Shown: positions 55,468 through 64,000 of the stretch, in pieces | How positions within the stretch are numbered: the first letter of the stretch is position 1 | Layout of the letters: every line of letters begins with the position of its first letter | NCBI GenBank assembly: GCA_000091205.1 | Contig: AP006488.2 | Length of the DNA: 64,000 nucleotides | Direction: 5' to 3' (one strand) | From: Cyanidioschyzon merolae | Taxonomy: Eukaryota | Notes under the pieces: model-generated | The model's database searches: none | The model's input: only the letters and a program-made list of their open reading frames with translations | What the model was told of the DNA's origin: nothing | Position numbers and translations under genes: made by a program

Positions 55468-58350
55468 TTAACTCTTAAGCACCGTACCAGTCTCGTCAAT
55501 AACGATGACTCCACGAAAATCCTCTTCCATGAGCAGGACCAGTAGCGAAGTCCAGCCCGTAAACGCATGCCCGCCGCCACCCTTGCCCGTCTCTGGGTCG
55601 TAATGCTCCCAGAAAAAGCCTGTGCGCTGGTGTTCCCGCAAAATCGTTTGTATCATCGCATTGCGCGTACGTTCGTAGAGCTGTTGCGCAAGCTTCTGGT
55701 ACGGACCTGGCATGCGCGCATACTTCTCCCTAAGCGCTGCGAGTATCAGATAGTTCATCGGGACCCAGATAGGACCTGTCCAGTACCGATCACCTCGCAT
55801 ATAGAAAGGGTCCGCGGCACTCAGCGAGCGCAACCCAAAGTCGCTGTACATTTGTCGCGGATCCGCGACAGCCTTCAAGAGTGCCCCTGTCGATGTTGCA
55901 TTGACCGGCAACAGGCCCAAGGAAAGTGGCAGAAGCGTTGGATATCCTAGATGGCAGTGGTGACGCCAAGTGTCCACGATACTCGTGGAGGAGTTGCCGC
56001 GAGGTCCAGCGTCACAAAACATGCCAGCGTCAGCATTCCAGTGCACCTCGTAGAGGCGCTGTTGCAGGACGGCCTCAAGGGCACCGAGTTCAGGAGGCGA
56101 CACGGCAGAGGCCTCAGCAAGATCGCCTGCGGTACGTCGCCAAACCAGGAGTCTGCGAACACCGTCCAGTATCCACGACAAGAGATCCACATGGGCGTCG
56201 TATGGGCTTGGATCTGTCGATCGCGGAAAGTCGTCAAAGCCGGACGCAAGCGTCAACGGATAACCTCCGTCTTGAGCAAGCAAGGTCGTCAAGTGGCGTC
56301 CAAACCAGCCGTGATTCTTTTGCGTCGCATTCAGCCAACGTATGTATTGTTTCATCTTGCGGAATCCCAAATGCGAGACGAGTCGCGCGGTGTTCGTCGT
56401 CTGTGCTACCGCCTTGCAGTCGCCCACAGACTGATTCAGCACCATCGCCGCATAGTCCGACAAGGAGCCATCACCACCCTGGGAACACAAGCTAGAAAAG
56501 GTTTCCAGTTCCAAGACGGGGAAAGTGTCCTGCAGCAACTGCCAGTGCCGATACAACGGCAGCATTAGCGTCGGTGGATTCGCAACCTTCTCCGATTGAA
56601 CAAGCAGCGATGCCAGTTCGCGCGGGAAACGATTGCGGGCCTCAATACCTAGGGCCAGCTCGCGCGGTATCCATCCAGAAGGCTGCATGAAGCCCAGCCA
56701 GGAATCGAGACAGATGAGCGAGAGTTCCGGGTCCCAGCGCTGGATCAGTAGCTGATGAAAGCCCTCGTCCCAGAGAAAGCCGCGCGGGAACTTGTTCTCC
56801 GACGGCACCGCACTGACTAGTGCCCTAGGCGGCGAGACTCGGAGTTGATCTGATCCTCGGTCCTGCGTATTCTCTCCAGCAATGAAACTCCCATAGAAAT
56901 AGGAGACACCGCCGAGTAGACCGGCAAGCGCCGCCCTCGCTTGAGCAATCTGAGCGCTGCCAAAGTCACCACGGTGCATCCGGGGAAACAACTGCTGAAA
57001 TCTTTCGCGAAAGCGACTGTCCGCCTGTTCAAGCAACACGGACAGCGCCGATGCATCCATTCGTGCACTCGACGTGATCATGATATCAAAAGGCGTCTGC
57101 ACTGTAATCTGAACGACAAGAAGGTTGCTGGGGAGTCCGTCATCTATCCCGCTGTGGTGCTGGGCATCGGGTTCCAGCTCTGCGTCAGCGTTCACTTCTC
57201 GACGCGCCCGTGCATCAACATCCTCGATACGCGTAATGATCGGGAAGGGCGCTGCAGTGGGCGTCTCCCTTGCATGGGCAGCGTCCTTGAAAACATCGGC
57301 GCCCCTGAAAGCCGTATCTGGAAGCTGCTCGTGCTTTTCGTAGAACTCGCGCAGCCGTGTCCGCTGGTGGTCGTAGCTCTCGCGTAACCACGACTCTACC
57401 ATGGACTTCACCTCAGTTGTCGCGCCAACATTCACTCGGCCTTTTCGGTAGTAGATCCTGCCAGGGTCCGGTAATTCTCGGAGGATCTCGGCGCTCACGG
57501 GGCGACTAGCGCTTGCCCGTTGACGTCGGCGGCGGTGTCGTCGCTGCCTCCACTGGGAACGCTCTGGAAGGCCCTGTACGGCCACAATGCGCCATCGATG
57601 GTCGTGGTCGGGTCCACACTCCAGGTGGACTTCATTACTGGACGCTACGGTGATCGATGGCGATGAACAGTGCTGCAGGGTCGGCGGCTCCATGCCCCTA
57701 GCCGCGGACTCCTGCAAGCGCTCTGGGTCGATCTCATCATGTTGCGCTGTCCAGTAGACGATGAAGGAAACGGTACGACGCTCTTGACCAGTTCCTTGGA
57801 TACGAACAGAGAATTCTGGAGAACGCAGTGGCTGTTGTTCAGAGCTGAGCTGCGCGTCTGGCTGGAGCAAGTTCAGGTTCTCCGTGTGCGCCACGTGGGT
57901 GATGTTCAAGTGCCAGCCTCGCTCTTCGATGTGGCGTACGCCATAGTTGCGGCCGTTATGCTGCAGCCAACCGTAGCGAAGTGGCCCAGCTGCGTCGAGC
58001 TCTGTCCCGCACTCTAGTCGGAGTCGAACGGACTCGAACGGCTCATCAGCGGGGTACCACATAATCCCCAGGACGGGGCTATGCGGCACTGGCCGACGGT
58101 AGCCCGCAAACACGCCCGGCACCAAAGAGCTCATTGTGTGCGGATCGAGAGTAGGTTTCGTTTGCACGGGTTCGCGCTCACTAGACGTGCGCAAACTGGT
58201 CCCATTGCGGTGTGCAGTCGCACGTGCAACAGCAGTCTCGATCTGTTGGAAAGCTCCGAACACCAGGACAAGGGCCAGCGCTACCAGGTAAGCAGCATAG
58301 CGTCGGGCGCAACACCGACTCTGCCTCCTTGACAGTAACCGCTTACGCAT
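55468..58350 (-). CDS. MOGS: Mannosyl-oligosaccharide glucosidase (ER alpha-glucosidase I, GH63), a type II membrane protein. The track ORF starts at a TTG at 58416; the first ATG is at 58350 (MRKRLLSRRQSR...YAAYLVALALVLVFG signal anchor).
   Basis: GH63 C-terminal catalytic region ...GDRYWTGPIWVPMNYLILAAL...FWEHYDPETGKGGGGHAFTGWTSLLVLLM. The conserved middle is DSWLGFMQPSGWIPRE... Confidence 0.85.
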   Translation of the reverse strand: MRKRLLSRRQSRCCARRYAAYLVALALVLVFGAFQQIETAVARATAHRNGTSLRTSSEREPVQTKPTLDPHTMSSLVPGVFAGYRRPVPHSPVLGIMWYPADEPFESVRLRLECGTELDAAGPLRYGWLQHNGRNYGVRHIEERGWHLNITHVAHTENLNLLQPDAQLSSEQQPLRSPEFSVRIQGTGQERRTVSFIVYWTAQHDEIDPERLQESAARGMEPPTLQHCSSPSITVASSNEVHLECGPDHDHRWRIVAVQGLPERSQWRQRRHRRRRQRASASRPVSAEILRELPDPGRIYYRKGRVNVGATTEVKSMVESWLRESYDHQRTRLREFYEKHEQLPDTAFRGADVFKDAAHARETPTAAPFPIITRIEDVDARARREVNADAELEPDAQHHSGIDDGLPSNLLVVQITVQTPFDIMITSSARMDASALSVLLEQADSRFRERFQQLFPRMHRGDFGSAQIAQARAALAGLLGGVSYFYGSFIAGENTQDRGSDQLRVSPPRALVSAVPSENKFPRGFLWDEGFHQLLIQRWDPELSLICLDSWLGFMQPSGWIPRELALGIEARNRFPRELASLLVQSEKVANPPTLMLPLYRHWQLLQDTFPVLELETFSSLCSQGGDGSLSDYAAMVLNQSVGDCKAVAQTTNTARLVSHLGFRKMKQYIRWLNATQKNHGWFGRHLTTLLAQDGGYPLTLASGFDDFPRSTDPSPYDAHVDLLSWILDGVRRLLVWRRTAGDLAEASAVSPPELGALEAVLQQRLYEVHWNADAGMFCDAGPRGNSSTSIVDTWRHHCHLGYPTLLPLSLGLLPVNATSTGALLKAVADPRQMYSDFGLRSLSAADPFYMRGDRYWTGPIWVPMNYLILAALREKYARMPGPYQKLAQQLYERTRNAMIQTILREHQRTGFFWEHYDPETGKGGGGHAFTGWTSLLVLLMEEDFRGVIVIDETGTVLKS

Positions 58351-58670
58351 GGGAGCAGCTTCTCGGCCCAGACGCTTGCGATCGGGACGAGTTGCTCTGA
58401 CTGGCCAGTACAGCAACGCAGCGGCAGCTCAGTGCAAAGTTGGCGGAACACGGCCGGAGCATACGGTTCGTACAAGCAGAATAAATATAGATCTTTTGGA
58501 ACCAAGTATCCCTCATGGATTTGGCATCGCTTTGCACTGCATCCAAATCCGAACGCAGCTGTCAGATTTTCCGATTCGATGGTAGAGGTTCTGGCGACTT
58601 GTGCTCGCAGCAAGGCGCTCGACGAGCAACGGTCAGAATCCAGTGTTTCCTGCGAGGCCTGCACACTTCC

Positions 58671-58703
58671 TGGTTGGTTGGTTGGTTGGTTGGTTGGTTG
58701 GTG
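58671..58703. repeat. (GGTT)8 tetranucleotide microsatellite
   Basis: Direct reading. Confidence 0.9.
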
Positions 58704-59544
58704 TTGTTTGGAACAGCCTCTTGCTCGACGGTGTGGGTGCTTAGGCCCTGGCAAGCCGCTTACCTTGACCGCGCGCATCGCTGAGAGGCGTCGCCCGGTC
58801 GCACGGGCACTTGAGCAAAATCTTTGAAGATATGAATCGATGATTCGACGAGATAATGACATGTCGACTGGTCTGATGGAGAGAGTTCCCCTACAGGCGG
58901 CTACTTACTGTGCCTGGAGGATTCGTCACGATGTTCATAGGCACTGGAGTGACGCTGCCACACACTGGTGCATAGCGAGGGGCGTGAAACGCCTCAGCGT
59001 GCGTGATAGGCACGGCGCATGGCCAGCATGCTTTCAGAAATGCTGCGCGAGCACTGTCGCTGCGAGCGAGAACTCTACTTGCCTTCACGCCTAGACTCGC
59101 CGTAGGCTGCGTCTTGGCGTGCTGTGTGTTTCACCTGGTCCAGGATATCGACGAACGCATGCGTGTTTATGCTGCCTATGCGCAATGATACCGGGACGCT
59201 TCCACAGAAGCACAACAGACTGCAGTTCGATGGTGGCTTTTCTATCTGCATGCACCAGCGCTGCGCAAAGCGGCGAACCTTTGTAGCTTCTAGAAAACAC
59301 GGCATGAGCGGGTGTGCGTTTACTGTGCTGCTCCATCAGCGGTTTCGAGCGTCTGCGCCAGCGACGGTCCGTTCGCTTTCCCAAGTTCTGGCGATCCAAC
59401 TGCCTCGCATGGGCCTTTCTGTCAAGTTTGGGCTCTTCCGCATTGCCTTTTCGCAATGGAAGCCGAACCTTGACGTGCCCGATATCTGTGCAACCGCAGT
59501 GCCGCTTTAGCACTGCGGTTGCACAGGCTCCCCCACGATGCCGT

Positions 59545-61315
59545 TCAGCATACAGCACCGCTGCGTTTCTTGTGCCGTTGGTGGCGGTCCACAGGCGAGC
59601 GACGCGGTTCCGCATCCTTGGTGCCCTCTTTCGCATGAATGGTTCCCCAATTTTGCATATGAATGAGGTGGCGGGCTCCCGGTAAATCGTGCGTTCGCCG
59701 CAGCTCTTCCGCGTGTTCCTGTAGCGACTTGTTGCCGTGCAGCATCTTACCGAGGGCGGTGGCGGTATGCTCGCTTTCCGGTTTCTTTGTCGACGCCGTA
59801 TCGTCCACAGCCAGGCCCTGTCCAAATAGGTTCAACAGTCCAGCCATGGCGACTAAATGATCATATGCGGCCCGAATATCCTGGACCAGCATATCTGCCC
59901 GATCGCGGGTAAAACCGACCCGCACCACCACCCGCAGCAGTTTCTGGTGCTGCAGGTTCGGTGCCAGCGTATACGCGGGAACGATCCATCCACGTTTGCG
60001 TAACTCTCCCGCTATGGCAAACTCATCAAAACCCAGTTTCGTGCGCTGGTCATCTGGGATCGCAAACGCAACCAAGGGCAGGCTTTCGTTGTCACTAAGC
60101 AGGCGGAAACGCCCATCCTCCGTGATACGTGTTGCAAAGTACGAAGCCAATTCTTTCAGGGTGTGCATTAGATTCTGGTATCCCCGACGGCCTAAGCGCA
60201 ACAGCAAATAGTATGACGCCACAATCTGAGCGGAACCGCGTGAAAAGTTCAAGGTGAATGAGGCTTGGTCCGCGCCCAGGTAATTGACGTGAAAGACGAG
60301 CTCCTCCGGCAGATACGCAGCGCTGCGAAAAATGAGCCATCCGATGCCACAGGGCGCGAGACCGTACTTGTGCCCCGAAACATTGATAGAACGCACGTTC
60401 TTCAAACGAAAGTCCCACCTGAGATTGGGGTAACAAAACGGGGCTATGAAGCCTCCTGATGCTGCGTCTACATGGATACCGATATCAAAACCCTTCTGCT
60501 CGTTCATCTGCGTCACGAGAGCGTCCAAAGTGGCAATGTCCTAGACTCGAATCGATTGTTTCGCAATGGTTAGTTTCATGTTCGGTTATTTCTGAGGAAA
60601 AGCCCCAGAAGTTTCGTCAACTTGCTTCAAATTGTCCGGTGTAGGTGGTACCTAGAATGCCGCAAATTCCGATGGTGTTCTCATCACAAAGCTCTATAGC
60701 TTTTTCCGGATTCATGACGTATACATCGTCGTGCAATGGTACGTAGCGTGGTTCCACATCAAAGTAAGCAGTCGCTTTCTCCCAGCAGACCTGCACTTCT
60801 GAACCCATCACCATGTTCGGGCGTGCGTAGTCCTTGCCGGCTGCCTTGCGAGCTGCTCGCCAACGCCACTTCATCGCGAGCACCGCCAGCATGATCGCCT
60901 CAGAGGAGCCTACAGTGCTGGTGCCAACAGCCTGCTGACCCTCCTCGAGAGGAGCATGAAAAAGGTTCGCTATGATATTGACGCAGCGGTTGTGGATCTC
61001 CACGGTTTGCGGATACTCGTCAAAGTCGATCCAGTTCACCGGAAGCATGCGATCACAGAGCTTGTGCGTCGTTTCATCAAAGCGCGTCGTCACAAAGGAT
61101 GCCAGGTTTAGTGCAGGGTTACCGTCTAGCTCCAGCTCCTGCGTAATGATACCTTCGGCAACAGCCGACGGCATCGGCTCGGCTCGCAACTGGTACTTGG
61201 GGAACTCCTCGAGCGCGAAGCTTGCAAAGCCGGTCTCGAAAGCCAGCGAGCTTGTGTCGATATGCTGAAAACGCTTCGCACCGCCTTTTTCAACGTTCGT
61301 CTTGTGTAGAGGCAT
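59545..61315 (-). CDS. GAD: Glutamate decarboxylase (PLP-dependent), two exons: 61315..60626 and 60540..59545 (minus strand), separated by an 85-nt intron
   Basis: Exon 1 (NHxPxEEGQQAVGTSTVGSSEAIMLA...MVMGSEVQVCWEKATAYFDVE...ICGILGTTYTGQFE) and exon 2 (DIATLDALVTQMNEQKGFDIGIHVDAASGGFIAPF...SINVSGHKYGLAPCGIGWLIFR...HVNYLGADQASFTLNFSRG) align collinearly with plant/bacterial GAD. This includes the PLP-lysine motif SGHKYG. ATG at 61315 verified. Confidence 0.9.
60541..60625 (-). other. Spliceosomal intron of GAD (85 nt) with apparent non-canonical GC-AG boundaries (donor GCAAGT, acceptor TCTAG)
   Basis: Alignment to the GAD family requires ...GQFE|DIATL.... The only in-frame junction places the donor at GC (60625-60624) and the acceptor AG at 60542-60541. 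No GT donor gives a frame-preserving join. Confidence 0.6.
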
Positions 61316-62914
61316 CAGCTAGCGCTTGATCAGGTCGTAGGCGAGTCACGCGTTCACGAGAACGCACCGATGTGAGCGTTTGCTGCAGCGGCTGGCAACG
61401 CTGGCCGTTCACAGCCGCTCGTTCTGGCGGAGCATCGTGGCTCCAGGGACTCTGGTGAGCATCTGCAGCGGGCGGCGTCACTGCACAGCATCCAGAGGTG
61501 TCCGATTTTTGCATGACACGGATGCTGCCCTGTGTAGACGAATGCCTGCGAGGAATGGAGGCGGCAGTCTCATTCGGGCGTACACACGCAAGATGGGGTC
61601 TGTTTGCACTGTGCTTAACACTGGCTTCTGTGGGCTCTTTCTGCAACTGCCTGCTTTTCCTCTGGCTTGTTCCATTTTTTAAATACACGGGTCTCTAAAG
61701 TCGTCCCGGGTCCGTTGCCAGGATTCAAAGGATGCTCGTGGTTACGTGAAATACCTGATTTCGCTGCTCGCCATCGTTGGCGATACATTTCCCGGTCAAA
61801 AGGTAGCTGCAATATGTGATTCACTTGCCGCTTTCGTATTATTTTTTTAAAGTCTCGGTGCGGCCCTCGCAGCGTTGACATCTGGCACTGGTCAGCGCTT
61901 GCCATGTGTGAGCGACACTGCTCGCTCCGAGCGCTGCTCCGCGGCGCCTCAAGGCTTGCATCATATTTCGGTACATGCCTTTGGCAGGTATGGAAGTCTC
62001 TACTCGCTGGCATCCTCCGGGTCCGCGCCCGATGATGTACGCGATAATCAGGAGCTTGTTCTAGACGATCGTCACGTCGAGAATTCTGTTCGCTGCATGT
62101 GAAAGCGCACGCTGTCCGATTCGACACGGGATGGTGCGGAACACGATGTTGTCCAAGATGGATCGAATACCGGGAGCGAAATCGAGCCCGAAAGACAAGC
62201 TGGGAAATCTCGATTCGTCTACGCTGCCTTCGTGCCAAGCAGTGATGCACTCCTCAGCGGAAGCGATCATTGTGAGCATTCAAGCCCGAGTCCATGGCAC
62301 TGTTCAATGGGGAAAGAGGTCACAGGAGCCTCTGGGAGCCTATCGCTTCTGCGGCATCACGCTGCTGTGAAATGCCTTTTCGTCGAATGCCAAAAAGAGA
62401 GGAGAACTTGCTTTTCGAAGATAATAGATACTTTCGCGCGAGGTGTTCAGAGAACTTTGCGGATGAGCTCATGAAGCAGCCGTCCACGGACGACGTCGAT
62501 GAGCGTTCCTCATCCATCCAGCGACGCGCATTGCCGTGCCCCCGAATCGGTTTGAAACAGAACGATCGAAGACGTAAAACAAGCGTAATTTAGGCATGTT
62601 ACATGTAAGAAAACCAGCAGCATGGAGTCTTGTTCCTAGGAATTGTTTCATAATAACGCGTATATTGCGAGCCCCAACTCCATGGTTCCGCGAATCGTCT
62701 TTATTCCGGTGACGTTACGAATTCCAGCGGCACAACGCACAAGGACACAGGCAAAAAAAAACACGACCAACACCCCCTAAAACTACGAACGCATCCTTAA
62801 GCCAGCATTAATGATGTTGGGATCTCGAACCTGCACATCTACAAGAAAAAATATCGAGTTGCAGGAACAGCAATCTCTGAATCAACGTAGGCATCTGAGC
62901 ACTGCTCCATGAGC

Positions 62915-63220
62915 GCGATGACGGTGATGCTGATAGTGATGCTAATGGTGATGGTGATAGTGGTGTTGATGCTTATGCTGATAGTGATAGTGAGTGTGAT
63001 GGTGATAGTGATAGTGATGGTGATGGTGATGCTGATAGTGATGCTTATGCTGATAGTGACAGTGATGGTGATAGTGAGTGTGATGGTGATAGTGATAGTG
63101 ATAGTGATGGTGATGGTGATGGTGATGGTGATAGTGATGCTAATGGTGATGGTGATGGTGATGCTGATAGTGATAGTGATGGTGATGGTGATGGTGATGG
63201 TGATGGTGATGGTGGTGATG
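62915..63220. repeat. Hexanucleotide minisatellite (GATGGT/GATAGT/GATGCT variants; about 50 units) with a higher-order repeat of roughly 120 bp
   Basis: Direct reading. ORFs 62839..63237(-) and 62909..63244(+) are repeat artefacts (ITITIT / VMVMVM). It lies immediately upstream of the K+ transporter gene. Confidence 0.9.
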
Positions 63221-63458
63221 CGGCGCGCCCGGCGCACGCTCTAATCAACATCCGCACCTGTGGCGAATGCGCGTCGCTGCACGCAGGGGCACGCCTCGGG
63301 TCACGCATAAGACACGTGTCGACGATCGGTACTGGGCTTGTCCGCTGAACAATGCACGCTCCTTGCGTCCGGTCCAGGTTTGGCAGAGGAGTGCCTTGAA
63401 CCTATTGGCTGGCGACTGGAAAAGTTTCTCATCGTCGTCTACGCACGAACGGCACCAT

Positions 63459-64000
63459 ATGAGCTCAGAAGAGAGTGGTGAGAGCGTCACGCATAAGGAT
63501 GGCGCCGAAGAGGATCCCCAAGAGCTGGACGACCCTGGTACCGTTGAGGCCTGTCATTCAAGGACCACCAAGATCCAGTACCGAAAGACTTTGCTCGATT
63601 CTCGACGTCGCAGCACGAGTCGATCCGGAGCACTCTCAAGGGAGATTTCGCGAGAAAATGTTCTAGAGGAAGCGCTTCCGTCACCGTCCGTCGACGCTTA
63701 CCGCTATGAACCCGAGCGCTTACAGGGCTGGCACCTATTCCTTCGCACTCTGCAGGCCGTAGGGCTCATCTACGGTGACCTAGGAACGTCACCACTGTAC
63801 ACCATCTCCAGCCTCTATGACGGCAACGTCGCGCCAAGCGAGTTCACCATCCTAGCCGGCGCTAGCATGATCTTTTGGCTCCTGCTCCTCATTCCTTCTA
63901 TCAAATACGCCTTCCTCGTGGCGATGGCGGATCACAACGGCGAAGGCGGTGCGCTCGCCATGATTGGACTGATGCGCCAGCGACGACTCTCTGGCCGCTG
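63459..64000 (+). CDS. KUP/HAK/KT-family potassium transporter, 5' portion (runs off the window end). Candidate ATG at 63459, alternative at 63267.
   Basis: Frame with codon starts at 63459... gives ...WHLFLRTLQAVGLIYGDLGTSPLYTISSLY...ADHNGEGGALAMIGLM. The GxxYGDxGTSPLY and NGEGG motifs are diagnostic of KUP/HAK. The frame is open from 63186 to 64000. Confidence 0.75.
   Translation, partial: MSSEESGESVTHKDGAEEDPQELDDPGTVEACHSRTTKIQYRKTLLDSRRRSTSRSGALSREISRENVLEEALPSPSVDAYRYEPERLQGWHLFLRTLQAVGLIYGDLGTSPLYTISSLYDGNVAPSEFTILAGASMIFWLLLLIPSIKYAFLVAMADHNGEGGALAMIGLMRQRRLSGR

Noticed and set aside
62839-63308. ORFs encoding ITITIT / VMVMVM / SPSPSP peptides
   Set aside because: Frames of the hexamer minisatellite; artefacts. 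The possible acidic DG/DS frame is noted in findings, not called as a gene.
1-64000. CRISPR arrays, operons, rRNA genes, prokaryotic mobile elements
   Set aside because: All tandem repeats are micro- or minisatellites without unique spacers. Gene structure (long single ORFs with presequences, one spliceosomal intron, strand alternation) is eukaryotic.

Overview
This window reads as GC-rich (about 58-60% by eye), gene-dense, intron-poor eukaryotic nuclear DNA. I see no operons, rRNA, CRISPR arrays or prokaryotic signals; instead there are long single-exon genes on alternating strands, roughly one per 3-4 kb, with abundant trinucleotide microsatellites and minisatellites. The gene content is compatible with a protist nuclear genome, perhaps a stramenopile, at low confidence (PTEN-like formin, KUP/HAK K+ transporter, type II NADH dehydrogenase, GAD, HSL-family lipase with a long extension). 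About 16 protein genes are recognisable by conserved motifs: extended-synaptotagmin-like (SMP+C2), HSL-family lipase, GTP cyclohydrolase I, NDH-2, a HAD-like protein, a CDF zinc transporter, PNO1, a PTEN-like/FH1/FH2 formin, TOM40, mitochondrial uL3, MnmG/MTO1, 2-oxoglutarate dehydrogenase E1, condensin CAP-H, GH63 glucosidase I, glutamate decarboxylase (with one short GC-AG intron) and a partial KUP/HAK transporter at the 3' edge. The ORF track uses alternative start codons (TTG/GTG/CTG printed as M), so I re-anchored several starts to the first in-frame ATG. The most unusual feature is a roughly 2.3 kb AT-rich compositional island (about 38.4-40.7 kb). It carries a long decayed reading frame with several in-frame stops, is cysteine-rich, and has a weak TnpB/Fanzor-type zinc-ribbon-like motif. 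This is a candidate transposon or viral remnant. Other points are a 3'-truncated tRNA-Ala(UGC)-like element, a HAD-like protein with a substituted nucleophile motif, a convergent 3' overlap of OGDH and CAP-H, and a local concentration of nuclear-encoded mitochondrial genes.
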